NCBI GenBank assembly: GCA_021826765.1
Contig: JAKAYK010000001.1
Span: 1-47,167 of the forward strand
DNA: 47,167 nucleotides
Reading direction: 5' to 3'
Origin: Thermoplasmata archaeon
Lineage (GTDB): Archaea > Thermoplasmatota > Thermoplasmata > Thermoplasmatales > Thermoplasmataceae
In this document: positions 27,160 through 37,177 of the stretch, one piece after another
Numbering within the stretch: the stretch's first letter is position 1
Layout of the letters: each line of letters opens with the position of its first letter
Translations under genes and position numbers: made by a program
The notes under the pieces: generated by a model
Databases searched by the model: none
Seen by the model: only the letters and a program-made list of their open reading frames with translations
Told to the model about the DNA's origin: nothing

Positions 27160-27963
27160 TCAAGATTTCTTTTGTTTTTTCTTCCTGTTGTATCTCCATT
27201 TTGGCTGTCCAGTAGCTGTTTTCCTCTTGCCGGAGGCAAGCACTAAGAACACCATGAATATAACAACTCCACCTGAGATATAATATATCCAGTCATAGTT
27301 TGGAGGCGTCCCATAATAAAATGTACTTACGTATGATGATTTTACGCCAGTGAACAGGGAGCCATTCAAGATCTTGACCTGAAGAGTGTTAATTCCGTTA
27401 TTCAAAAGGCTGGATGGTTCAATCACCGTAATTTCCTTGCTCGCACCGGGACCTAGTGATACTACCTTTGTTGAAATGATTGCTCCGTTAAGAATGAATT
27501 GTATTGACATATTACTGTATGTTGTAGATTCTATGTTAGAGATATATGCGCTGAGTGTAATTGGCTCATAGACAGGAATTGCAATATTGATAATTTTACT
27601 GACTTCAACAGAACCGTAGGTTGCAGTGGCATAGATTGTGATATATACGGATTGATTTGCTGCATCTGGTGCCGTGATATTGAACTCAAAGAATCCACTT
27701 TTCGAAAGTTCGTGTGAGTTTCCTCCAGCGGATAGGCCTATGGCATATTCTGCTGCAGTATAGATAGTGGCTGTATAGTTTGAAAAACCCTGTGATTCAT
27801 TAAAGAATATCTGAAATCTTTCGTTTTTATATACACTTGATGGATGAGATACAGTGACATTGAATGAGCCGTTAGTAGCATGTGAAGGCTCTGCAAATGC
27901 CAGCGGTATTGACATGACAATCAGTGATACACAAATTGTTGAAATTAAAAATTTGTAGTTCAT
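27160..27963 (-). CDS. Membrane-anchored extracellular beta-sandwich (CARDB/Ig-like) protein
   Basis: Signal peptide, beta-rich body with N-X-S/T sequons, C-terminal TM and basic tail; ATGA overlap with aglB. Confidence 0.75.
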   Translation of the reverse strand: MNYKFLISTICVSLIVMSIPLAFAEPSHATNGSFNVTVSHPSSVYKNERFQIFFNESQGFSNYTATIYTAAEYAIGLSAGGNSHELSKSGFFEFNITAPDAANQSVYITIYATATYGSVEVSKIINIAIPVYEPITLSAYISNIESTTYSNMSIQFILNGAIISTKVVSLGPGASKEITVIEPSSLLNNGINTLQVKILNGSLFTGVKSSYVSTFYYGTPPNYDWIYYISGGVVIFMVFLVLASGKRKTATGQPKWRYNRKKKQKKS

Positions 27964-30900
27964 CTGTTTTTCCTCCCTCTGAATGCTACACCTGCAAGTC
28001 CACCAATCACCGCTACAACGATAACCATTATTCCAATTTCAATTGTTGATATAGGATTGCCTGTGTAATTTGCAATAATGTTTCCGCCTTTGGCTGTGTT
28101 GTACAGTCCCCCAAGATTTGGGAACGACACATACAGGTTTTCTGAATGGACTGCCGAACTGTTCAGTTGATATATACTGTATTGTACAGTAAAGTTGAAT
28201 GCACTGTTATAGTAATTGGATTCAGGTACCAGTGTGATGATGAGATTCTTTGACTGCCCGTAGGATAGATTTGTTGAGTTCACAATCTTTCCATTAATAC
28301 TGAACACAACCTGCCAGTTATATTTAGAATAGATGTTGTTTGAAAGATTTAAAGTTTCGTTCGTGTTTCCCGTGTTTTTCAATATAGCACTGTATGTTAT
28401 GTTTCCACCATCAAATGCAGCAAAGTCAGTTGAAATGTTTAATGAGGCTGAATAATTTACACTCATATTGACCTTTACATTATCCGTTAGCGATCCACCA
28501 TTGTAGCTGACCAATATTGGTATCTCATTTACACCTGAGGGCACAGTATTGACATTTTTAATGTTGGCTTTAACATATGCAGTTCTGTTAATACCGAGAT
28601 TTTTCAATGTACTAGTATTAAAAGTGATATTCCAATCACTGCTTCCAGATGATAATGTAAGGTTAGTCTCTGTTGTGAGAAGATTTGTTATGTTTAGATT
28701 ATAGGAGAATGCTGAAAATTCTGTTACGTTTTGCGCAACATAATTCTGCTTGATTGAAACGTTTCCATTAATCACCTTTTCAAGTATCAGGCTAAGTGAT
28801 TGTGTTTTATTCGTGTATATTGTAATTGATGACTGATACTCGTTGGAAAATGTGTAATTGTTCACTGTAAGAGTATTCGAAGTGTATGATGTAAATGTGA
28901 TATTTTTCGCAGGAAGGAGAATTCCAGTACCTGAGGTAGTTGATATTCCAAGATTTGAAACTGTCAAGTTTACATTCTCAGCTTTAGGTGCTTGCCCGAC
29001 ATAAGTATAAACATATATATAATTGGCAGATGCCAAAGATACATTATTGGTAGAAGTATCCTGAAAGATCCCAATACTGACATGGCCCAGATACGCAACC
29101 ATTGCTGATTTGCTGTACGCATACAAGGTATAAGTTCCGTTAGCGAGACTGAAATTATAGTGGCCAGATCCTGTTGTGTAAGTCCATCCTTCAAGCAAAT
29201 TATTTTTGTAGAAAGAGACATTGATTGCTGCCATAGAAGAGCCCGAGTAGAGTGCTAGACCATTCACCTGTGTGAAGAAAGGGGCCACACTCAAAGTAAT
29301 GTTGCTTTGTATGTTCGATTTCAATAACATGGTCATATTATGATAAACTCTGAATTCGCCAGTTGAATTTACTAAATTGTCATAATAATGAACAGAGTAA
29401 GATCCTTCCGGAAGAATACTTGACATTGATGTAAGATTTATCAGGCCAGATGATGAATTTATCAGTAAATTCCCTGTGCTTATGCCCAAATTATTGGTGA
29501 GATTAAGCCAATATGAGTTGTATAATACGGCATTCACTGTTGTGTTATTGTTTATCCTATAGGTTGATATTCCGGATTGTAGACCATTTCCAAGTTCATA
29601 TACAGTATAAATTCCTGGTGCAATAGTTCCATTTACTTCATTTATCAATGTGCCATTTTTGAAAATCTTGAAAGATTGCACACCATTTACGTTGAAAACA
29701 ACATGGCTGGTAAAATTGTATGACTGCGAATATGCTCCTGTTGAAACAGTAAGAATCCGCTGATAAGAGGAAATTACCTGATTACCTCCAAATATTTTCA
29801 GGAAATACGAACCGTATGGTAAATTATTAAAACTAACCTTTCCATTTACGATATTGGAAGTATAATTAGAATAACCCACAAGTGTGATTTTCCCATCAAG
29901 TAGCGCACCGCCATTCACAGAAGTGAATTTAAGAGAGACATTGGATTTCTGAAGATTTAATGGTGCGTTAGTCTGAGTGGAGACCGTGAATGTAGAAGTT
30001 GAGAAACCTTCTGAATATGCCTTCATGGTGAAGCCGGACAAGGATTGAGCATTGTATGCAATCAGCGTATTCCCTTTTGCATTAATAATTGCAGATCCAT
30101 AAGCTCCACCGTTTAGATTTATCATTGCAACTCCTGAACTTACCGAAGATTGGCTATCATAAACAGCAGCAACTGAAGGGTTATAAATTCCTATCTGGAC
30201 TGTTTTTGCTGTCTGGAAATCTATATATGCTTGAGTGTTTTGATTAAGATTCACAGTTGAGGTAGCAACGTAATCAGTTGTGCTTGTAAATGCTGAAGAG
30301 TAGATTGTATAAGTGAATCCTGCGGGAAGGTAAATGTTCTGATTTAATGCCTGAATTAATTTTATAATCGTTCCCTGGCTATTAGTGAGACTGAGATATC
30401 CTGATAACTGTGTTAGATTTTCATTGGTATTTTTTACTTTCAAGATGGCAGAGGAATATGCATGTAAGGTATAAGTTCCGGAGGAATTTAAATTAACACC
30501 CTGAAGTACCGTCATGTTGTCATAAGTATCATAAACACTGTAATAGCCTAACGGAACAAGACCTGTGTAGAAACTGCCATTTTTCTGAAGTTGCAATTGA
30601 TTTAGTGAGTATGAAGATTGGTAGATGTCTAATACAGAAGGCGTGAATCCCTGATTTGAAATGCTAATAGTTAATCTCGCAGCGGGTAATAGTGAGAGAT
30701 TTAGGCTTTGGTTTTCCCCTAGCACAGGAATATTAACGTCAGATATCTGTGTTATACTGTTTCCTAATTTTCCATAAACAGAATATGATCCATTAACAGT
30801 GTACATGAGTGCAGTACCTGTGCTATTTGTTGTTGCAGTGTATTTTCCAGCATAAACTGTAGCACCGGAAATCCTTTGACCATTGTAAGAGAGGTTGACC

Positions 30901-33900
30901 TGTATGAGAGACATCGGTATTTTAATGGCATATCCAATGTTAGAATTTGGAGTGTAAACATTGTCCTGTATATTATGGTACGTGATTCCGTTAGAATAAA
31001 CAGATACTGTGTAGTTTCCCTGTGGAATACCAGTTACATTGTATGACCCATGATTGATGCTGAAGTTGAATATCTGACCGGATATATGATTCTGCAATAT
31101 TACAGTTCCATTCTCTACTTTGGTTGTGCTGAAACTTTTTCCATTAATTCCATTTTGTTTCTGAATTTCCACAGTACCTGTAGAGTTGAAATTCCCTACG
31201 TGGTAATTCTTAACAAGATAGTAGTTAGGAAGTCCTGTGGTAGTGTTCAGAGCCAGATCTTTTCTTTCTGCCTGTTGGTTTGAGATAGCAAATCCAATAG
31301 CATGGAGGAAATTTTTTCCTTCCAGAGTTTGTGAGTTCAACGTTCCATAAGAGTATATGAGGGTATCATTTCCGGGAAGTGCTGTTATGTTATAGTAACC
31401 ATTTGAGTTCGTTAAAACCGTCTGGTGAGGTATTCCATACTGATCCAGTATAGTTACTCTTATGCCTGATTCAGGTATTCCTGAATTCGTCTTTACCTGA
31501 CCTGTTACGATTGCTCCTGGGAAATATCTTAGAATTGGGTCAGTTCCCTGAATTATAGATGAAACCTGTGGAAAGATAAAGGCAGTACCTTCTCCATTCT
31601 TTTGAAGATTGTAAGCCTGCTGGATAGGTAGAATCTTGAAGGCGTTTGGATGTGCGCTAAAGTTTTTATATGGATTATAGGGGACACCATCATATACCAA
31701 CTCAAAATTGCTCATATTCCAGGCAGGTTGCATAGTATATTTCGTTGTTCCAAATGTGAGACCGGGAATTCCTTGTGTATGGCCTACTGCAGATGGAGGT
31801 ATTCCTATCATTGCCCTGTACAAGGTCGTGTTATAGAATGCTGGTGTGTATTGAATTGTGTACCCTGTTGGAATCAGGTTTGTAGGAAGTTGGTTTAATG
31901 GATAAGTACCATTTGGAGTCTGCGCGAAAATCTGGTAATATGCAGTTGGAACAACACCTCCTCCGGGAGTTATGTATGATGGCGTGTCAGTAAGATAAGC
32001 GGGTGCATAGAATATACCTGTGTTCAGACCGTTAAGAGGGAAAAGTGAATGGTCAGCCTGTATATATTGAATGCTCCACCCTGTCACACTTTGCAGATTC
32101 TGATATAAATTTACCAGATTAGTCAGACTCACTTTTGATGCCAACTGTCCTTTAATTAAGGCAAAATATGCGTTCGTAGATGAAATTGATGGAATGAATT
32201 GTCCATATACAGAAGCATTGTTCAGTATCCATGGAACATCCTGTAGTGGATTGTTATAAATACTCTGAAGAGTATTTATTTCTGATGCATTCAGGTATTC
32301 AGAGAGAGCACTTTTCATTACGGGTGTAAACTGTCCATTGTTCTGCAGTAATGAAGCCTGCATCAGTCTTGCAGACAGAAGAGCAATTATCTGTGACTGA
32401 TTTTGGGAAAGGAGTATTTGCCCGGCAACCTGATATGCCTGCTGAAAGTCATCTGCAACTGTTGGATGTTTGCCCTGACTTAACTCCTGGAAACCGTAAT
32501 CCCACCAGTTGACATAAGCAGGTTTCTCTGCAAGTGAGAGATTTTGCTGTTGTGTAGCAAGCCATGCAAGGGATTTTGATAAAGGAGTTGTTGAATTGGT
32601 GATAAATGAACCAGTTGTGCCAAAATATGCGCTCTGGTTAGCAAGATAAGAAGTTGGTTTCAAAAATGACGGTAGTGCGTTATAAACCTCATGATTCACT
32701 GAAGTTGCAGAGTTTCCGGGAACCGCAGCTGAAACAACTCCGAGACCGGAGGGTATGAGAATTCCAAACGCGATTAAAAATACAAATGCAGCTTGAAGCC
32801 ATTTAATATTTCCTGTAAGGGCCTTACTTCTTCTATATGTTCTTTTAATTCTGTCTTCACTAACATTTTTGTCCAATTTGAGCAGATTGGAGAAATATGC
32901 AAGGAGCGCTGCTCCAAGTATAGCATAACTTGGTGCTGCAGTTACATTGAATCTTGCTGCTGCAAAACTCATATATATTGAAACTCCACTAAACACTAGA
33001 AGCAAAAGAAGGGAATCAGATTTTTGTTTAACGAATGAATAGGTAACATAAGCAAAACCGGCAATGCCAAGTATAAACTGTGCAACCCCAAACCCTCCAA
33101 TGTACTGTCCGAGAGGTGGTGATTGAGCTTCAGCTATTGTCTGATAAACCCTATTCTTTATGAAATACCCCTCTCCCGATATGATTTCATTGAAAATATG
33201 AGGTGCAAATTTGTAAAGACCGGCGAGAGTAGCACCTATAAAGAGAATCATTACTGGAATTGAAATGATCCATGGTTTTCTACCCGCTATACTCATAATA
33301 ACAGATATTAATATCATTCCCAATCCTATGTAAAGTGGGGGGACAAACCATGCACTTGGGGCATTGTTTGCAGCGTAATAATAATAAGCACTCATCGAGA
33401 ATGAAAGCGCGACAAATATGAAACTTACATAAACGAGATATTCATTGTTCCTTGAAAGGAACAGGTTCACGATCAACTGGATAACTACATATATAGTAAC
33501 AATAGCAAGGATGTAGGCATGTCCCTGCCAGGAAAGCTGAAGGGCCCCATAAGTTGCTCCTGCAAGAAGAGCATAAATTGTAGCTTTTCTATTGTTTCTT
33601 ATGTATCTTTTCAGGTCCCCGTAATACGATTTCACGTCTAGGAGACTGCCCTGTATAATCCTCTCTTTCGTTGAAAACCTAACTGCCCTTTCTAGGAAGT
33701 ATATTGCAAAAAATGCGAAAATAAGTTCTGGAGTGTGCATCCTTCCGTCAGAAAGAATTCCGGATGAAAGATTGCTTGGCATCAATGCGTATAGAACAGC
33801 ACCTATCATTCCTGCTTTCTTACCCAGAATGCTTTTTCCAAGCATGTAGACAGGAATTATAAGTAATGCCCCAAACACCGCATCAAATTCCATGAATGCA

Positions 33901-34256
33901 TAATATGCAGCATTTGAGGAACCACCAAGGAATGGGCCTAGAATCACTGCTACGAAAGCTATCATCCAGTGAAAAAAGGGATTTCTTGGATTCCCTGATC
34001 CTATAGGGTAGTTAAGCCCTATAGTATGAAGAAGGGTTGTATGGTTAGATAATATGTACTGTATAATAATATAATTAAAGTATGGATCGCTCCCTCCCGA
34101 AAAGTTCACAAAACTATCCAGGAATGTTTGCGCCCACATGAAAAAGTTTGCAAGGAACATGTAGAGCGAAAAGAGCAATAACAAGCCAACAAACTCCCAG
34201 TTTTTTGTAAACCATTTGGTAAATTTCTCAATAGGTTGTATCTCTTCCAGTTCCAT
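27960..34256 (-). CDS. aglB: Oligosaccharyltransferase AglB (STT3 family) with very long C-terminal extracellular extension
   Basis: SDPY, LNYP-G, TIAE, WWDYG and downstream ADDFQ; about 13 N-terminal TMs; more than 1100 aa of Asn/Ser/Thr-rich beta repeats; C-terminal TM. Confidence 0.93.
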   Translation of the reverse strand: MELEEIQPIEKFTKWFTKNWEFVGLLLLFSLYMFLANFFMWAQTFLDSFVNFSGGSDPYFNYIIIQYILSNHTTLLHTIGLNYPIGSGNPRNPFFHWMIAFVAVILGPFLGGSSNAAYYAFMEFDAVFGALLIIPVYMLGKSILGKKAGMIGAVLYALMPSNLSSGILSDGRMHTPELIFAFFAIYFLERAVRFSTKERIIQGSLLDVKSYYGDLKRYIRNNRKATIYALLAGATYGALQLSWQGHAYILAIVTIYVVIQLIVNLFLSRNNEYLVYVSFIFVALSFSMSAYYYYAANNAPSAWFVPPLYIGLGMILISVIMSIAGRKPWIISIPVMILFIGATLAGLYKFAPHIFNEIISGEGYFIKNRVYQTIAEAQSPPLGQYIGGFGVAQFILGIAGFAYVTYSFVKQKSDSLLLLLVFSGVSIYMSFAAARFNVTAAPSYAILGAALLAYFSNLLKLDKNVSEDRIKRTYRRSKALTGNIKWLQAAFVFLIAFGILIPSGLGVVSAAVPGNSATSVNHEVYNALPSFLKPTSYLANQSAYFGTTGSFITNSTTPLSKSLAWLATQQQNLSLAEKPAYVNWWDYGFQELSQGKHPTVADDFQQAYQVAGQILLSQNQSQIIALLSARLMQASLLQNNGQFTPVMKSALSEYLNASEINTLQSIYNNPLQDVPWILNNASVYGQFIPSISSTNAYFALIKGQLASKVSLTNLVNLYQNLQSVTGWSIQYIQADHSLFPLNGLNTGIFYAPAYLTDTPSYITPGGGVVPTAYYQIFAQTPNGTYPLNQLPTNLIPTGYTIQYTPAFYNTTLYRAMIGIPPSAVGHTQGIPGLTFGTTKYTMQPAWNMSNFELVYDGVPYNPYKNFSAHPNAFKILPIQQAYNLQKNGEGTAFIFPQVSSIIQGTDPILRYFPGAIVTGQVKTNSGIPESGIRVTILDQYGIPHQTVLTNSNGYYNITALPGNDTLIYSYGTLNSQTLEGKNFLHAIGFAISNQQAERKDLALNTTTGLPNYYLVKNYHVGNFNSTGTVEIQKQNGINGKSFSTTKVENGTVILQNHISGQIFNFSINHGSYNVTGIPQGNYTVSVYSNGITYHNIQDNVYTPNSNIGYAIKIPMSLIQVNLSYNGQRISGATVYAGKYTATTNSTGTALMYTVNGSYSVYGKLGNSITQISDVNIPVLGENQSLNLSLLPAARLTISISNQGFTPSVLDIYQSSYSLNQLQLQKNGSFYTGLVPLGYYSVYDTYDNMTVLQGVNLNSSGTYTLHAYSSAILKVKNTNENLTQLSGYLSLTNSQGTIIKLIQALNQNIYLPAGFTYTIYSSAFTSTTDYVATSTVNLNQNTQAYIDFQTAKTVQIGIYNPSVAAVYDSQSSVSSGVAMINLNGGAYGSAIINAKGNTLIAYNAQSLSGFTMKAYSEGFSTSTFTVSTQTNAPLNLQKSNVSLKFTSVNGGALLDGKITLVGYSNYTSNIVNGKVSFNNLPYGSYFLKIFGGNQVISSYQRILTVSTGAYSQSYNFTSHVVFNVNGVQSFKIFKNGTLINEVNGTIAPGIYTVYELGNGLQSGISTYRINNNTTVNAVLYNSYWLNLTNNLGISTGNLLINSSSGLINLTSMSSILPEGSYSVHYYDNLVNSTGEFRVYHNMTMLLKSNIQSNITLSVAPFFTQVNGLALYSGSSMAAINVSFYKNNLLEGWTYTTGSGHYNFSLANGTYTLYAYSKSAMVAYLGHVSIGIFQDTSTNNVSLASANYIYVYTYVGQAPKAENVNLTVSNLGISTTSGTGILLPAKNITFTSYTSNTLTVNNYTFSNEYQSSITIYTNKTQSLSLILEKVINGNVSIKQNYVAQNVTEFSAFSYNLNITNLLTTETNLTLSSGSSDWNITFNTSTLKNLGINRTAYVKANIKNVNTVPSGVNEIPILVSYNGGSLTDNVKVNMSVNYSASLNISTDFAAFDGGNITYSAILKNTGNTNETLNLSNNIYSKYNWQVVFSINGKIVNSTNLSYGQSKNLIITLVPESNYYNSAFNFTVQYSIYQLNSSAVHSENLYVSFPNLGGLYNTAKGGNIIANYTGNPISTIEIGIMVIVVAVIGGLAGVAFRGRKNR

Positions 34257-34428
34257 TTTACTACTACCGAAGCGGTTAATACAATCTATGTATAAGAATG
34301 TTTAACAAATTATTAAGAATTCCATAATGTGAAATTGCACGGTATTCATATTTATTTTTCGTAAATTGCAGGGTTTTCAAGAGACAAAATTTTAGTCCAT
34401 TCTTCATACAGATATATGGCTAAATGCT

Positions 34429-36003
34429 TCAAAGTTTTCTGATCAGGGATTGTAATTCAATCTGCATATAAACAACTGGAAGTTCAAGTTCGTAGGCTTT
34501 AATGGTTTCTGGGTGAACTTCTCCAATAAACCCTGACTTTTTTTCGTTAATCATTATACCTCCTGATCTTCCATTTATGAAACCGTTCAAGTTCTCAGAT
34601 GAAATTACAGGATTGTGTATTCCTGCAGAACTCAGAAGTGCATCCAGGTAACCTTTGATTTCTGAATAAGAGGATGAATTTGAACATATCCCTATGGATA
34701 ATAACCGCTTCTGAACATTCTGGTCAATCACGTCACCAATTTCAAATATTTTCTGGGGGAACCCATTATGCTTATTCCTTTTGAAAAATTCCATTGTTCC
34801 GTTGAAAAGAGATCTCCTGACAGCGGAGTAATCTTCACTTTTAGGATTCATGATCATTATAGACCCATCATCAGCACTGCTCTTTGATGTCAGGACAAAG
34901 TTTATCACTTCCTGGAGGCCCATTGAGAGCATCACAGATCTGAGTTTCTCCGCTAATGCGTTGAATGAATCAGGTTTTCCTGTAAATTTAGAGTATAATG
35001 GTGCCTCTGAAATGTTTCTAAGTTCTATTGCCTTTACGAGATCCTCCATCAGATCTGCCTTGCCCATAATGTCTACTCTTCCCATAAATGGAGTATAAAC
35101 ATATGAACCATACTTTTCATAACCTATTCTCTCAAAGAGACTATCCATTTTCTCCTCCTCAGGAATGAGTCCAAGAGACTTTTTGATGTATGAAGGATCA
35201 ATTGTAATGTGTTTTTCTTTCAGTAACTCTTCAGTGTCTATTGCATATTTCCCAATTGTTTCAAGGATGCTTACATCTGCACCAAGATTGATGAAATAGC
35301 CAATAGACAGTCTTGCAGCAATTTCAAGAGATCTTCGATCTTCCGCAGTGATGTCCACTAGCATTGATTCTGTTTGATCCCTTATCCGGGTTCTGCTTGA
35401 ATTGAAAAGAGGTGGAATCGATATTGCTCCTTGCTCGTCTTTAAAATAAGGATATTTTCCATTTTTCAAATTTCTCCCATAAGCTATCCCTTTTTCATGC
35501 TTTTGTATCAACTCCCAGATATCCCCAGAAACTCCATCGAATGTATCAAAATTGAAACTTGTATCTCCTTCTCCATAGTCGAGGTTGCCATGTACATGAT
35601 CAATATCATGCAATCCAAAAGCAAACATCTTTCTTGATCTTCCAGTCGTTTCCGAAAGTTTGTCAGTGAACGCAAGTGAATCCTGTATTATTTCTTGATT
35701 TTTGGAACTGAAATGTACCTCATATGCAATTGCGTACTTTCTCTGATTGCTCGATAAAGTCAATAATCTTTTTGATTTTTTTAACTTTCCTATAGGGAAA
35801 TCCTTGTGTATAAATTTCAAATATGCCCTGTGCAGTGCCATGATGGAGTACAAATCTGGCCTGTCAGGATTGAGTTCAATCTTCACATCGTTCCCAGTTT
35901 CTACTGAAAAACCCATGACTCTGGAAAAATAACCAAGGTCGTCTTTCCAATTTTTGCCAAAAGTGTTAAAAATTTGATTTTCGGTGATTCTAATTACCAC
36001 CAC
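34429..36003 (-). CDS. pheT: Phenylalanyl-tRNA synthetase beta subunit (archaeal type)
   Basis: NPDRPDL, GR-RK-A-GLHD, S-PP-NS, R-DI---DL-ED, NPKSEDY, KIFEIGDV, GEVHPE. Confidence 0.93.
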   Translation of the reverse strand: MVVIRITENQIFNTFGKNWKDDLGYFSRVMGFSVETGNDVKIELNPDRPDLYSIMALHRAYLKFIHKDFPIGKLKKSKRLLTLSSNQRKYAIAYEVHFSSKNQEIIQDSLAFTDKLSETTGRSRKMFAFGLHDIDHVHGNLDYGEGDTSFNFDTFDGVSGDIWELIQKHEKGIAYGRNLKNGKYPYFKDEQGAISIPPLFNSSRTRIRDQTESMLVDITAEDRRSLEIAARLSIGYFINLGADVSILETIGKYAIDTEELLKEKHITIDPSYIKKSLGLIPEEEKMDSLFERIGYEKYGSYVYTPFMGRVDIMGKADLMEDLVKAIELRNISEAPLYSKFTGKPDSFNALAEKLRSVMLSMGLQEVINFVLTSKSSADDGSIMIMNPKSEDYSAVRRSLFNGTMEFFKRNKHNGFPQKIFEIGDVIDQNVQKRLLSIGICSNSSSYSEIKGYLDALLSSAGIHNPVISSENLNGFINGRSGGIMINEKKSGFIGEVHPETIKAYELELPVVYMQIELQSLIRKL

Positions 36004-36005
36004 AA

Positions 36006-36335
36006 TCAGTCACCTTTATTCTTGTCCATGGTTTCTTTGAATTTTTCATCTACTTTCTTGGCCATGTACTCCCTTAGCACAACTCTGATGAGTTCATCCA
36101 CGGACACTGCTTCTCCGCTATTTATAAAATTATCTAGATCCTGCAACATTTTCTTCGTAATTTTAACGTTGATGTTCTTAACATTGGTATTTTCATCATA
36201 TTTTTCCATGAAGTCTTTAATCGATTCTCTTATTACATCTGAAATGGTATCATAATTACCCTTATCTCTTATGATCATAAGTCTTTCAAGGTCTTCTTCA
36301 GAGACCCTTATTGTTATTCTGTATGGGACTGACAT
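36006..36335 (-). CDS. Tandem ribbon-helix-helix (CopG/Arc/MetJ) DNA-binding protein
   Basis: Two RHH units: RITIRVSEED...ISDVIRESIKDF and NINVKITKK...VDELIRVVLREY. Confidence 0.85.
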   Translation of the reverse strand: MSVPYRITIRVSEEDLERLMIIRDKGNYDTISDVIRESIKDFMEKYDENTNVKNINVKITKKMLQDLDNFINSGEAVSVDELIRVVLREYMAKKVDEKFKETMDKNKGD

Positions 36336-36459
36336 AAATATCTTCCAAATTTAATGTAGTATATTATACAATACTAAAATGTTTTTCCATTGGAGTAGAT
36401 GTGAGAGCGGATCAACTACAATACACAAAAGAGTTGGAGCTTGTTGCAATATTTTAAGC

Positions 36460-36775
36460 AAGAAAGCAACCGACTTCCGGATGCGGATGAATTGCGGGGT
36501 GTCAGTAAAACACTAAAATTGAATAGCCTATTTTTATAATTTTACGCCTCTGCAGTTTGATTCGAACAGAGAGCATGACACATTCATCTCTTCCCCGTGT
36601 AGAAAACATTCCACTGCAACCGATGTGTTCTTGCGAACAGTCCGAAAATAACTGTCTTTCTCTTCAAGAGAGTGCCTTGCCTTTGAGGGCGTTAATAATA
36701 TGAAATGTATAATGGTGTTTGACTTGGAAAAAGCCCATGTATCTCCATGCTTAAGCATAGAAGTTTTACCGCTTT
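36460..36775. mobile_element. Possible degraded IS200/IS605-family end sequences (non-autonomous relic)
   Basis: GC-richer patch in an AT-rich spacer with three end-like imperfect hairpins: AAGCAACCGACTTCCGGATGCGGATGAATTGC (about 36464-36495), GTGCCTTGCCTTTGAGGGCG (36672-36691) and TCTCCATGCTTAAGCATAGAAG (36742-36763). No transposase ORF. Confidence 0.35.
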
Positions 36776-36908
36776 TCTCGAACTCCTAACATCATTTATA
36801 ATTTGTCTTAACTCCTTATTAATCTCTTAATATATTATTCAAAAAATTAAGTATTAGCACCTGATTCTTAATTTGAAAGAAAACTACAAAAATAATTTTC
36901 ATACTTTA

Positions 36909-36927
36909 TGTAGTTATCATAACTACA
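36909..36927. promoter_or_regulatory. Perfect 19-bp palindrome, putative transcription-factor operator (copy 1)
   Basis: TGTAGTTAT-C-ATAACTACA. Confidence 0.6.
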
Positions 36928-37111
36928 AGTTTAGACCAAAAATGTAAAACATGTATTTATTTTAAGTGTTGACATATTTCATCAAAAAAAATAAATCGCC
37001 AAAATTTATAGTTAAGTCCTACATATCAATATTCATAACATTCAATACATTTTCACACTGGAAGTGTTTTGTTAAACGATATAAACAAATTTTACAAAAA
37101 ATTTAAGATAT

Positions 37112-37142
37112 TTTAGCTTTCATAACTACAAAATACTTTTAA
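37112..37142 (+). promoter_or_regulatory. Operator copy 2 adjacent to the putative TATA box of tes
   Basis: TTTAGCTTTCATAACTACA (37112-37130) matches copy 1 at 16/19 positions; TTTTAA follows at 37137-37142. Confidence 0.55.
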
Positions 37143-37177
37143 TGCTGTGTGATCTATAATCAAAATAAGGTGTATGA

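Noticed and set aside
27960-31500. Compositionally distinct AT-rich stretch as a possible horizontally acquired island
   Set aside because: Explained by the Asn/Ser/Thr/Ile/Tyr-rich extracellular part of AglB within one continuous ORF.
36534-36758. 74-aa ORF in the long spacer
   Set aside because: No recognisable motif, and its start lies inside a palindrome; probably spurious or part of the relic element.
36385-37070. ORB-like words (TTCCATTGGAG near 36385; TTCCAGTGTGAAA on the minus strand near 37051-37063) suggesting a replication origin
   Set aside because: Only two poor matches, no G-string and no adjacent cdc6/orc1 gene; too weak without skew or marker-frequency data.
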